From Chiloscyllium plagiosum (Eukaryota): a stretch of 64,000 nucleotides of DNA. Below the pieces are notes generated by a model that was not told the DNA's origin, ran no database searches, and saw only the letters and a list, made by a program, of their open reading frames with translations. The DNA is taken from positions 7,735,936 through 7,799,935 of the forward strand of contig NC_057749.1 of NCBI RefSeq assembly GCF_004010195.1. Direction: 5' to 3'. Position 1 is the stretch's first letter. Each line of letters starts with the position of its first letter. A program made the position numbers and the translations under genes. Shown one piece after another: positions 24,911-38,033 of the stretch.

Positions 24911-25975
24911 AAGAGATTAGTGAATTTCAATGAACTTACTGTCACTTTGGACTAATCAATGCCTTGTACAAATTCATCTTTCCTTTCTCACTGCTCCACC
25001 ACAGATGTTTGATTTCATTTGATTTATTATTGACACATGTACATACGTACAGTGTAAAGTTTTGTTTTGCATGCAGTACAGGCAGATCATACCATACAAA
25101 GTGCATAGGATAATAGAACAGAGTGAGGAATACAATGTTATGGCTGAAATAGTGAACTCGACAGACTGAGGGTAACAAGAGAGTTAGCCAAAGGCTTTTT
25201 CCCACTATATAGCATTGAACTTTGGTGCTTTAAAATGCTGGGAGGTTTCGAAGTTCCTGGCAAATCTATAACACGGCAGTTGAAGCATATCAAGCATTCT
25301 ATTCCCCTATATAGTGGTTCTCTATAATACAATCATATTTAGATCAATGCTCTGCTTTGGATTCTAATTTTGCTGGTTTATTGCAAAATAAATCCTTACT
25401 GGAAACAAGAAAGATTTGCTGAGACAAAAAAAAAAGACACTTGAACTACATCTTGTTTATTTTATATCTACTGGAATACTGCCCCCTAAAGTCAGTTCAT
25501 ATCCATGTTTGAAGAGATGTGATGTTTAATTCATTAGAAATTTTCAATGTACAACGTTTTTCATACGCTTGGCTAGCCATTAACTCACTCATATTGATAA
25601 TTCTCAACTGCAATTGAAAGGCTGTTTCTGAATTAATATGCTGCCTGAACTTTTGGATTGTATGGTAAATCTGTAATTACTGTCCCTGACAATTACATTT
25701 TGGCATATTCTTGAACTCAGTAGCTGTCTTCACCTATGTTATAATGGATTAAGAGTATTTAATCTAAAGTCGGCTACATTTTAAAAACATTGCTGCAGCT
25801 CGATCAATGTTTTGTCTTCTTTTTAATCAATGTGAAAGATGCAAGCAGGTTTCCTGATGAAGGGAAGTGTGTGGAAAGGTAGGCAAACACAAAATCTATT
25901 TCATAACAAACCAAAAACGCATCCAATGTTCAAGAGATGGCACCTTAATTTTCCCGGACTTCTAACTAGTGGCAC

Positions 25976-26138
25976 CTCTGCTTGTGGGTGACTGAGAATG
26001 TGCACTCCTCTGATATCCATGAATGAAAACTCAGAGCTCTTTGCTTTATCTACAACATCTTTTGATGAATTCAAAAAGGTCACAAGCTGTGACAAATTCT
26101 TGCCTTTATTTTCCAAATCTCTTCGGGCCATCATTAAC
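25976..26138 (-). CDS. Candidate exon, phase 2-0, open (LMMARRDLENKGKNLSQLVTFLNSSKDVV...HPQAE)
   Basis: In frame with the 29079 donor; donor GAG|gtgcca (alternative at 25944); lies within ORF 25901-26173. Confidence 0.5.
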
Positions 26139-27479
26139 CTGCTACATTGACTCCTAGCGAGGGGACACTGCAAGTTGTTTGAAAACGTAAATCCTAATAT
26201 GTGTTCAAAACTCTTTTCTTTCTATACTTGCAGCCCAATCTATTTCATGAAGGAGCCTTCAGACACCCTCTCTTTTACTAAATCGCTCTACGTTAGCATC
26301 ACTTTCTATAACCTCCTTAAAATATGCTTCACTGAACACGCCTTTGGCCACCTCCTTACAGCTGTTCCTTCATCTCCTGCTCTTGGGTGTCCTCTGGTCC
26401 TTTACAAAGTGCCTCAGGAAATTTTCACATGAAAGAAATGCCCAATGAATCTTAGACGTTGTTTACACACTAAGTCTTGACCTCAAGATTTGTTACAGCC
26501 TACAACTCAATTTCAATTATTGATGTTTCAGAAAAGGCTAGTAAAATATTTTCCCCTCCTTTCTTTGAAGATAAGAAGTGATTACAATTCCAGTTAGCAT
26601 TAATATTTCCCTGGATTGCATATTAATTATAACCAAGAAGGGCCAGTGGGTGACCTACTTCCAAGTCTCTTCCAACATCTTGACTTCTGGACGGTGAGTG
26701 ACAGCAATGAGATATAAGTGACTACAATGTGTTTGTGTAGTAATGAACATGGGAAAGAGCAATGTAATGTCTACATGAGAATGTAATTAATGAGAGCCGA
26801 TGTACGCCATTCAGCTCATCATGCCTGTTCTGCCATTCAATAAGGTCATGGCTGATCTTCTGCTTTGTCTTAAATTATCCCCATCTCCCTTAGTTTCCCC
26901 AAAACTCTATTGGCATCTCTCTTGAACACAGTCAATGAGTTGAATTAGCTTTATTGTCATATATACTCACATGAGTACAGTCACTCGCCACATTACAGCA
27001 CCATCCTTGGTATGAAGGTATCTGGGTACATTTCCTGAGGTACTTTGTAAAGGATCAGAAGACACCCAGAAGTAGGAAATGATGGAAGTGCTACAAGGAG
27101 GTTGCCAAAGGCATGTTCGGTGAAGCATATTTTAAGGAGGTTTTGGAAAGGGGTGTTAATATGCACGGATTCCCAAATTTTTAGGAAAAAGAAATAAGAA
27201 AAATTAAAAAAAAAGTCCAGCATTACAAATCATAGGAATAAATTAGAAAAGTAAATGTAAAATTCAGAATAACAGTCTTTCCCACACAGTCCACACCAGC
27301 ACGAGCCTCCAGTAACTGAAAGAGAGACCTCTACCCCCCTGCCCCTGCTTGTGCCAGAACCAACAATGTAGGAGCCACCACATTTTAGGCACCATCTTTT
27401 CGCTACTTGCCCACCTTGCTGATGGCACTGAATCCACAGTCATCAAGCAGCCAGGACTCCAAGCTCCACTGACGCTACC

Positions 27480-28020
27480 ACCTTGCCAATGACCAGAGGT
27501 CCCTGCTCCCAGCACACTACAACCATGAGCAGGAGTCGCTGACTCCCCTGCTGTCTCAATGACACCAGGAGCCTCCGACCTGGGTAAAACATGTTGCCGT
27601 CACTGCCATACTAATGCCAGGCTTCCCCACTCTGGGCCTACTGACACAAGGAATCCCTGACTCTGCTGCTAGTGTAAGTAGTCCCTGCTCCAGGCCTACT
27701 GCCACTAGGAATCCCTGACTCCCCAGCCAGTACCAGGAGCCCCGCTGTGGGCCTACTGCACCAGGAATCCCTGAGTCCCATGTCAGTGCCAGGAGACCCT
27801 GCTCCAGGCCAACTGACACCGGGAATCCCTGACTGCACTGCCAGTGCAGGAGTCCCTGCTCTGGGCCTACTGACACCAAGAATCCCTGACTCCGTTGCCA
27901 GTGCCAGAATTCCCCGCTCTGGGCCTACGACACCAGGAATCCCTGACTCCGCTGACAATGCCAGGAGTCCCTGCTCCAGGCCAACTGACACCGGGAATCC
28001 CTTACTGCACTGCCAGGCCT
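27480..28020. repeat. GC-rich minisatellite, ~58-bp unit made of two ~29-bp subunits, about 8-9 copies, probably inside a larger interspersed repeat (about 26945-28380)
   Basis: Recurring ggaatccctgactc..ccagtgccaggagtccctgctc..ggcctactgaca. Confidence 0.9.
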
Positions 28021-29078
28021 CTGCTGTGCAAAGAGCCCCGATCCCACTGCAGAAGTCATCTTGCCAGTGGTGCCATCTTGAAGAGCCCATCATCATTCTC
28101 CCGATCGCTGGAGGAGCTTTGCTTCTGGCCCCAAAGACCGGTGCGGATGTCCTCTAGTTGCTGGGAGATGCTGTGTCTGTCAGTCCGCACACGTCTGTTC
28201 TTGTTGCCGCGCCGATGCTGCCAACAACCCGCCACAGAAGAAAAAGAATAAAAGATTTTTAAAAATGTGAACAAAAGAAAAAGTGCAGAAGTGAAACAGA
28301 GGCCAAGAAGGAAAGCCAATTGGAGCGGGTAAGCCCTGGGCAAGAACCCACACACAGCCCTGTTACTCCACCGCTATCTTGCACATGACTGAGCATTCAC
28401 AGCCCCTGAGGTACAAAATTCTAAACATCCACAGTTCTTTGAGTGAATAAATATTTCTTTGCCTCCAGCCGAGATGGTTAACACTTTATACGGTGACTCC
28501 TAGTTTCAGACTTCTCTGCCAAGGGAAGGCACCCTCCCACAGTTAACGGCGAGGTGGAAACTTGACACCAGGTTACACTGTTGGCATCAAACCAGGAGTA
28601 AACCTGCCTGCCTTACCTTTAAAGTATTTCTGAACTTGTTCTCCTTTGCCCTGAGCAAGGATTAGGGAGACCCACTGGGAGCTGCATAGAAATAAATAAA
28701 CTGGAGAGCAAGGATCTGTACAGAATAGAAAAGGTCTTGTCTTGGATTGTGCTCCAAACTGAGGTAAATGGCACAGAAGTGGTCATTCATTTGCAAAACT
28801 TTACAATATAAAGAAATCATTCATTTATAGGCTTTTTTCATTCTTGAGCATATTTGCTGAGTCAACGGAGTCGAGACAAAATAAAATGCTGTAATTGCAC
28901 TAACACTGAGATATATTACAGATGCAGCTAGATAGCCAGTTGGGAGTATGTGAGGAACCTTTTGCAATATAATTCAAAGTCTGTGCAGAGTGTTGAGGAT
29001 GTATATCATATAGTGAATTCACATAGACTACATAATGACATGCATATATCACATGCTGAAACGTTATATCGTATTTAC

Positions 29079-29212
29079 CTAACGCTTCGAAATGCCTGCA
29101 GCAAGTCTGTGCACTGTGTATTCTTTCCATTCATTGAAATCATTCGGAGAGCATGATGTTCAGGAGGGGAGGGTTGATGACAGAACAGCTCGGATGGATT
29201 AGAAATACAGAT
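29079..29212 (-). CDS. Candidate exon, 134 nt, phase 0-2, open (ICISNPSELFCHQPSPPEHHALRM...LLQAFRSVR)
   Basis: Acceptor cctgctttatag; donor TAG|gtaaat. Confidence 0.5.
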
Positions 29213-30289
29213 CTATAAAGCAGGTTCCCTCTCACACTGCCTCCTGACAGTTCAGCTGTTCACGCCTCGAGTTTAAAATTTTCATCCTTGGCATTCAGGT
29301 TCCACCATCCTGTCTTTGCAAATTCCTTCAGCTCCACAGCTCTCTGATCGCTCTGCCCTCCTCCAGTTCAGGTCTCCTGTGTACCCATGATTTTCTTTGT
29401 TCAACTGTCATTGCTTGTACTTCCAACCATCTGAGCCACATAGTGTGGAATTCTGCACCTTTTTATCTCTTGCTTTTCCTGTTTGAGATAGATCTTAAAG
29501 AAAAGCTATCTCTTTAATCAAGCTTAGATAAGTACATGGACAGGAAAGGTTTGGAGAGATACTGGCCAGGAGGAGGCAGATGGACGAGGTTAGTTTGGGA
29601 TTGTTTTCGGCATGAACTGGTTGGACCGAAGGGTCTGTTTCTGTGTTGTATGACTCTATGAAAGAGATTCAGTGTCAAATTGTTTTCAGATAATGCAGCA
29701 TGTGAAGACTGAGGCTTGAGATATTTTACAGCTTTGAAGGTATGCCGTAAGTGCTTGCGCTAAGTGCTCAGCTAAATGTGTAACAGAAACATCTAGAATC
29801 AGAGAGACTGAAATAACTTCACAGACACCAGGGTCAATCACCAAGGCATCCTTTGGTTACCCATGAACCATCCTATACTTTAGTTCTCCCCCATTCAGAG
29901 CCAGCTCTCAGTGTAAGCAGAACCTCTGACACTTCTGTTTTTATCTGTCAGCCCAGGCTCCCTGATTGGACCAGTTCCAATCAGGGAACTCATATTCTAA
30001 GAGGTTCATCTGGCTGACCTCGTTACAATCACTACAGAAAACCCTTTAATCACTCTATGCTCACTCAGTGCAGAACATTGCAAAACCTAGTCCCAGTATG
30101 ACTGAACGGGGAAAAATCAAAGTACATCATTGGGAAAGTTGGACTGAGAGCTAGACACGTGATGGTATGAAATAAAGTGAGGGCGAAGACTCAGCTTGTC
30201 ATTTTCCCCAAAACTTAATAGATTGTTCAAAGGTAAAAGGGCGACTGGCACGTGGGTGGCTTTCAAAAGTGACATAATGAGAGTTCAGA

Positions 30290-31885
30290 GCAATGATGAT
30301 CCTTTTAGAGTGAAGAGTAAGACTGGTAAGGATTGGGACAATGGATGAATAAAGTACTGGTCAAGAATAACAAGAAGGCATTTGTTAGATATAGATAATT
30401 GGGATCAAGTGAATCTCTTGAAGTGTATAAGGGGCTTTCTTAAGAGGGAAATCAGGAGAACATAAAGGGGATATGATATCGCCTTGACAGATAAGATTAA
30501 AGATAATCCAAAGAGATTCTACAAGTGCATTAAGAGCAAAAAAGCAAGTGGGGGGTGAATAGGGCCCCTTAAAAATCAATGTGTGGAACTGTAGGAGATG
30601 GGAGAGATACTAAACCAATATTTCACATCAGTTTTTATTGTAGAGAAAGAAATAGAGGCTCGGGGAAACAAATATTGATGTCTTGAAAACAGTCCACCTT
30701 ACAGAAGAGGAAGTGCTGGAGGTCTTAAAATACATAAAGGTGGATAAATCTCCAGGATCTGATCAAGTATATGTTGTTGGAAGTTAGGGAAGAAATTGTG
30801 GAGAGCTTAGTCGAGATACTTGTATCATCGACAGCCAGGGGTGAGGGGCCAGAGGACTGGAGAGGGGCTAATTTTGTGCCTTTGTTTAAGAAAGGCTGTA
30901 AGGAGAAGCCTGGGGAGTATTGACCCGTGATTCTGACATCAACGGTGGGTAAGTTTTTTGAAGAGATTTTGGAAGATAGGATTTACATGCATGTGGGAAG
31001 GCAAGGACTGGTTAGGGATAGTTAGCATGGCTTTGTGCATGGGAAATCGTGTCTCACAAATTTGACCTGGGTTTTTTCAGGATGCAACCAAAGCGATTAA
31101 TGAGGGCAGAGTGGTAGACACTGTCTACATTGAGGTGAAAGTGAGGACTGCAGATACTGGAGTTTAGAGTCGAGAGTGTGATGCTGGAAAAGCACAGCAG
31201 GTCAGACAGCTTCAGAGGAGCAGGAGAATTGATGTTTTGAGCAAAAGGCCTTCATTAGGAATGAATGATGATGAAGGGCTTTTGCCCAAAACGTTGATTT
31301 TCCTGCTCCTCGGAAGCTGCCTGACCTGCTGTGCTTTTCCAGCACCACTGTCTACATTGACTTTAGTAAAGCTTTGACAAGGTCTCACAGATAGACTAAT
31401 TAGTGAAGTTAGATTACATGAGATTCATGGTGAGCTTGCCAACTGGATGCAACATTGGCTTGATGGTAGGAGACAGAGGGAGGTGGTGGAAGATTGCTTT
31501 TCAGACTGAAGGCCTGTGACCAGTGAAGTTCCACAGGGATTAGTAATGTGTCAACTTTTATTTGTCATTGACAAAAATGATTTGGTTGAGAATTTAGGAT
31601 GCGTGGTTAGTAAGTTTCCAGATGACACCAAAATTAGTGGTATAATCAACAGTGAACAAGGTTATCTAAGATTACAAAGGAATCTTGATTAACAAGGCCA
31701 ATCGGCTGAAGAATGGCAGATGGAGTTTAATTTGGATAAATGCGAGGTATTGCATTTTGGTAAAACAAACAAGGACAGGACTTTTCCAGTTACTGGTAGG
31801 GCCCTGGATAGTGTTGTCAAACAAAACCAAACAGGTTCAGGTACATAGTTCAAAAAGTTGCTTCACAGGTAACCAGGGTAGTTAA
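30290..31885 (+). mobile_element. CR1-type LINE ORF2, 5' part (continues at 35945)
   Basis: Decayed RT motifs (DWRGANFVPLFKKG, SKFPDDTK); breaks at gtagttaa. Confidence 0.85.
31134..31345. mobile_element. Fold-back Penelope-derived insertion in LINE
   Basis: Perfect 15-bp TSD cactgtctacattga at 31119-31133 and 31346-31360. Confidence 0.8.
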
Positions 31886-34800
31886 ACATAGAACATAGAA
31901 CATAGAACATTACAACGCAGTACCGGCCCTTCAGCCTCGATGTTGCACTGACCTGTGAAACTAATCTGATGCCCATCTAACCTACACCACTCCATTATTA
32001 CCCATATGTGTGTCCAATGCCTATTGAAATACCATTAACATCGACAAGTCTTCTACTGTTGCAGGCAGGCCCGTTATATACCCCTACTACTCACTGAGTG
32101 AAGAAACTACCCCTAATATCCATCCTAAATCTATCACCCTTCAATTTAAAGCTATGTTCCCTTGTGTTAGCCTTCACCATCTGAGGAAAAAGGCTCTCAC
32201 TGTCCACTCTATTTAACCCTCTGATTATCTTATATGTCTCGATTAAGTCACCTCTCAACCTTCTTCTCTCCAATGAAAACAGCCTCAGCTCCCTCAGTCT
32301 TTCCTCATAAGACCTCCCTTCCATACCAGGCAACATCCTTGTAAATCTCCTGTGAACGTTTTCCAAAGCTTCCACACCCTTCCTATAACGCGGTGTCCGG
32401 AACTGCATGCAATACTCCAGGTGCGGCCTTACCAGTGTCTTGTACAGCTGAAGCATGACCTCGTGACTCTGAAACTCAATCCCCCTGCCTATAAACGCCA
32501 ACACACCATATGCCTTCTTAACAACACTATTAACCTGGATGGTACCTTTCAGGGATTTATGCACCTGGACACCAAGATCTCTCTGTTCATCTACACTACC
32601 AAGAATTTTACCATTAGCTCAGTACTCTGCATTCCTGTTATTTCTTCCAAAGTGAATCACCTCACACTTTTCTGCATTAAATTCCATTTGCCACTTTTCA
32701 GCCCAGCCCAGCTCTGCATCTTATCTATGTCCCTCTGAAATCTATAACATCCTTCGGCACTATCTACAATTCTACCTACCTTAGTGTCATCCGCAAATTT
32801 ACAAACCCACCCTTCTGTGCCCACATCCAGATCATTTATAAAAATGACAAACAACAATGGCCCCAAGACAGATCCTTGCGGTACACTACTGGTAACTGAG
32901 CTCCAGGATGAACATTTCCCATCAACCACCATTCTCTGTCTTCTTTCAGGGAGCCAATTTCTGATCCAAACTGCTAAATCACCTTCAATCCCGAAATTCC
33001 ATATTTTGTGCAATAGCCTACCGTGTGGAACCTTATCAAATGCCTTACTGAAGTCCATATACACCACATCAATAGCTTTACATTCATCCACCTGTTTTGT
33101 CACCTTCTCGAAGAACTCAGTAAGGCTAGTGAGGCATGACTATCCCTAATTAAATTATTCCTTTCCGGATGATTATAAATCCTAACTCTTATAAACTTTT
33201 CCAACAGATTACCCACAACCGAAGAAAAGCTCACTGGCCTATAATTACCAGGGTTGTCCCAGCTCCCCTTCTTAAACAAGGGAACAACATTTGCTATCCT
33301 CCAATCTGTCATCAATGATGACATTAGGATCAAAGCCAAAGGCTCTGCAATCTCCTCCCTGGCTTCCCAGAGAATCCGAGGATAAATCCCATCCGGCCCA
33401 GGGGTCTTATGTATTTTCAGATCTTCTAACATTGCTAAAACCTTGTCTTTGTCAACCTCAATCCCATCTCATCTTGTAGCCTGTATCTCTGTATTCTCAC
33501 TAACATTGCCCACTTCCAATGTGAATACGGAAGAAAAGTATTCATTAAGCGCTTCCCCATATCCTTAGATTCCACACACAACTTTCCACTACTGTCTTTG
33601 ATTGGCCCTAATCTTACTCTAGTCATTCTTTTATACCTGATATACTGATAGAAGGCCTTAGGGTTTTCCTTGATCCTATCCACCAACAACTTCTCATGTC
33701 CCCTCCTGGCTCTTCTTAGCCCTCTCCTTAGACTTTTTCTGGCGAGCTTATAAAATGCAAGCCGCCTATCTGAGCCTTCGCGCCTTATCCTCACGTAAGC
33801 CTTCCTCTTCCTCTTGACAAGAGCTTCAACCCCTTTAGTAAACCATGGCTCCTTCTCTCGACAATTACCTCCCTGCCTGATATATTTATCAATGACACAG
33901 AGTCTATTCCTTGAATGAGTTCCACATTTCAAGTGTGTCCATCCCCTGCAGTTTCCTTCCCCATCCTATGCATCGTAAATAGAGTCATAGAGTCATAGAG
34001 ATGCACAGCGCAGAAACAGACCCTTCGGTCCAACTCGTCCATGCCGACCAGATATCCCAACCCAATCTAGTCTCTTTTGCCAGCGCCCAGCCCATATCCC
34101 TCCAAACCCTTCCTCTTCATATACCCATCCAGATGCCTTTTAAATGTTGCAATTGTACTAGCCTCCACCACTTCCTCTGGCAGCTCATTCCATACACATA
34201 CCACCCTCTGAGTGAAAAGATTGCCCCTTAGGTCTCTTTTATATCTTTCCCCTCTCACCCTAGACCTATGCCCTCTAGTTCTGGACTCCCCCACTCCAGG
34301 GAAAAGACTTTGTCTATTTATCCTATCTACGCCCCCGCATGATTTTATAGACATAGCTCAATAAAACATATAATCAAGAAAGAACCCACTCTACTCACTA
34401 CCGCAGACTCATTTTAAGGTCACGCTTAAAATCCACTTATCTGCTTCTGTGCTGTGACCTCGTCCAGAGAGGTTCCTCCAAGATCAATTGTGAATTTCAC
34501 TGTTTTTTAATTTTCCCAGACACACTCTGATGTCCAGCAATACATGAATTCAACAACAAAGGCAGTAACTGCTAACTCTGTCAGTTAGCAATGTAGGTTT
34601 CTTTCTCTCTCTTTCTCCTGCACTGTCCTCACCATGTGCTTCCTTTGACTGCTCTTCTCCCTTTTAAAATTGCTGTTGCTTTGACTTTTTTTTCTCCAAA
34701 GTTCCAAAACAATGCAACAGCATATAAAATAGTAACTGCTGCTCCTGGAATTTGAGGAAATCATCTCCAACACCTAAAATACCTCAAAAAAGGAACAGCT

Positions 34801-35944
34801 GTTACAGCCAGAATTTTTTCCCATCCGCCATCTTAAATTACCCAGAATCCTCTTGTCTAATTGCATCATAATTGCCTTTTCCTCAGTTATACCTCTTTCA
34901 TTACGGTATATGCCTACCCCTGCCCATTGATATTGTAAATGTAACCAAATTATGGTCATTATTGCCAAAGTGTTCACCTACCTCCAAATCTAACACCCGG
35001 CCGGGCCATTCCCCGGTACTAAATCCAATATGACATCGCCCCTTGTTGGCCTGTCTACATACTGTGCCAGAAAACCTCCTGCATGTATTGAACAAAAGCT
35101 GACCCAACTAAACTACTGAACTAGAATATTCTCAGTCAATATTGGGTTTCGTCAAAGTTCCCCCATAACAACTACCCTGTTAATCTCGCTCCTATTAAGA
35201 ATCATCTTTGCTATCTTTTCCACTACATCCCTGGAACAATTCAAAGGCCTATAGAAAACAGCCATCAGGGTGACCTCTCCTTTCCTGTTTCTCGTCTCAG
35301 TCCAAACTACCTCAGTGGATGAGTCCTCAAATGTTTTCTCAGCTGCTGTAATACTGTCCTTGACTAACAATGCCACACCACTACACCGCCCCCCAATTCC
35401 ACTTTACTATCATCTCTGTTCTTGCTGAAACATCTAAATCCCAGAATCTGGAACAACCATTCCTGACCCTCCTCTAGCCGTGTCTCTGAAATGGCCACAA
35501 CATCAAAATCCCAGGTACCAACCCATGCTCAAAGTTCATCGACCTTATTCCGGATGCTCCTGGCATTGAAGTACACACATTTCAAACCAGCATCCTGATT
35601 GCCAGTGTCCTCTCATGACCTTGTAAACTTATCCTTGACCTCACTACCCTCAACCTCCTGTACACTGGAACTACAACTCAGGCCCCCTGCAGCATTAGTT
35701 TAACGCCCTTCGAAAAGCATTAGCAAACTTCCTCCCCAGGATATTGGCATCCCTCTGGTTCTGTTGAAGACAATCCTGTTTGTAGAGGTCCCACCTTCCC
35801 TAGAAACAGCTCCAATTATCCAGGAAACCAAAACCCTCCCTCCTGCCCCATCCCTGCAGCCACGTGTTCAGCTCTGCTCTCTCCCTGTTCCTCAATTCAC
35901 TAGCATGCAGCACGGGCAACAAACCAGAGATAACAACTCTGTTT
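31886..35944 (-). mobile_element. Long CR1-clade (HER1-like) LINE nested in another LINE
   Basis: ORFs 32091-33932 and 35152-35376 ([35 protein letters not shown], endonuclease motifs); (catagaa)n tail; GTTAA at both junctions. Confidence 0.92.
33980..34850 (-). mobile_element. Internally deleted LINE derivative (putative 5' UTR joined to a 3' end)
   Basis: Interrupts host LINE; 33980-34352 is a HER1-like 3' end with (agagtcat)n tail; the rest is non-coding and starts ggattctgggtaatttaagatggcgg. Confidence 0.6.
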
Positions 35945-36465
35945 GTTAAGGAGGCATTTCGCATGCTTGCATTCATGGCTTAGACCATTGAGTATAGGAG
36001 TTGAGGTTGTACAGGATGTTGGTAAAGCCTTTTGGAATATTATATGTAGTTCTGGTCACCCAGCAATAGAAAGGAATACTGTTAAACTGGAGACAATTCA
36101 GAAAAGGTTTACCAAAATGTTGATGGGACTAGAGGGTTTCGGTTATAAGGAGAGCTGGGTATGCTGGCTCTTTTTTTCACTGAGCGTAGGCGGTTGAGGG
36201 GTGACGTTATGGAGTTTTACAATATCATGAGGGACATAGATAAGGTGAATAGCAACGATTGGGGAATTCAAAATTAGTGGACATATTTTTAAGATGAGAG
36301 GAGAAAGATTTAAAAGGGACTTGAGAGCCAACATTTTCACACAGAGGGTGGTTAGTATGTGGAATGAACTGCCGGCAAAAGTAATAGATGCAGGTACAGT
36401 TACAACATTTAAAAGACATTTGGACAGATATATGAAAAGGAAAGATTTAGAGGGATATGAGCCAA
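35945..36465 (+). mobile_element. CR1-type LINE 3' part (continuation of 30290-31885)
   Basis: Resumes gttaaggaggcattt; MRGERFKRDLRANIFTQRVVSMWNELP. Confidence 0.85.
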
Positions 36466-36730
36466 GAACCTGGGTTCAAATCCTGTCACGGCAGATAGTG
36501 GAATTTCAATTCAATAAAAATCTGAAATTAAGAATCTAATAATGACCATGAAACCATTGCTGATTGTCAGGAAACCCCACCATGTTCACTAGTGTCCCTC
36601 AGGGAAGTAAATCTGCCATCCTTACCTGGTCTGGGCTACATGTGACTCTAGATCCACAGCAATGTGGTTGACTCTTAATTGCCCTCTGAACCATTAGGGA
36701 TGGGCAATAAATGTTGATCCAGACTGCACT
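36465..36730 (+). mobile_element. Second SINE family sharing the gggcaataaatg tail with the second LINE family (related copies about 47840-48140, 54290-54620, 56610-57120, and 8885-9190 on minus)
   Basis: B-box-like ggttcaaatcc; core ccttacctggtctgg.ctacatgtgactc. Confidence 0.65.
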
Positions 36731-37915
36731 AAGTATGATTTTTTGTGGTATGGTCAATCCTTGTAATGAGATCTACATTCATCAAAGGTCAACACAGAAT
36801 GGAGAATGTTATCTCCTGAGCTAGTCCTGTAACTAGCTCTTGGTAATAGAAGGAAATTTGGTCAATTTTCTTTTTGGAAGTGAGAAGAGCATTACAATCC
36901 ATGAAAGAACCGTATTCAAATGAATCAAATCCTCTTAAGGAAACGTAAGCAAAGCTGTTGGCTACAGAGATGCCAAAGCAACTTCCAGGTGCATTCTGCG
37001 CATGTGCGGGTGGTAGCCATCTTTGTCAGCCATCTTGATGACAGCAATACCCATCCAGAAAGAATTAATTGTTTTGTCAGTGATGACAGATCTCAATAAT
37101 GTGAAACATTACAGATGAGCAGTTCACTAGACCAGAAACATGGAGATAAATGAACAAATAATTTTAGGACTCTTTTTCGCTATGTCAAAAGAATTCATCT
37201 CAATGTTTCAGACTTTAGAAGACCTGAACTGTTGATAGACTGGAAACCATGATAGAACAGAAATTGGATTTGTTTCTTTCGTTTTCTTCTTGGAATAATG
37301 TGACAAGGGATTGGAGGGAAAGTTAATGTCCTGTTAATGTCTTAGTTAAGGTCTAAACAACAGAAAGTTTAGAGCAATGATAAACACACAAAGCTTTTAC
37401 TTCAGAAAGGAAAGTGACAAGTTGGGTTAAGCAAAGTCCTGTTGTAATAAAAAGTATAGAAAGTTCACAATGGATCCATAAACATTGGGAAGAGAGAGGA
37501 CAGGTTAATGTTCAGGTAAAGATCTTCCTGGAGAACAATTATCCTGCAAAGGGTCTTCAAAGTAAATTGTAAAAAAGGCCAAAAATGTGACTGTCCCATA
37601 GTGAAAGCAGAGTTAATGTCTCAAGTCTGGTGACCTTTCTCCTATGGTTCTGAGGATGTGTCACTAGACCTGTAATATTAACTCTGCTTTCTCTCTACAG
37701 ATACTGCCACGCCTGCAGAGTTTCTCCAACAATTTCTATTTTGGGTGCAGATTTCCAGCATCCGCAGCTCTTTGTCATATCTTGTGTTTACAAGCAAGAG
37801 TCACCTAAATCAACCCCACCACAGTTTCAGTCTCTCCTTATATGTGTTCAAGTGAAATTCCAATTAATACCCAGTGCCTGCAAATAATTAATGAAAATTA
37901 TTATACAATTAATAC

Positions 37916-38033
37916 TAAAATCTCAAGTTTCAAAAGACTCTCTAATGTCTTTTCACTTAGGCTGCGAAACCTGCTGTATTTTTTATCATTTCTCCTTCTC
38001 CTATCTTCTCGATTCAGACTGCCTCTTGGCGAT
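37916..38033 (-). CDS. Candidate exon, open in phase 2 (SPRGSLNREDRRRRNDKKYSRFRSLSEKTLESLLKLEIL); alternative donor at 37971
   Basis: Acceptor cttatcatttacttctgcag. Confidence 0.45.

Noticed and set aside
27480..28020. CRISPR-like array or repeat-protein gene
   Set aside because: Contiguous tandem units with no unique spacers, eukaryotic context, and unit length not a constant multiple of three.
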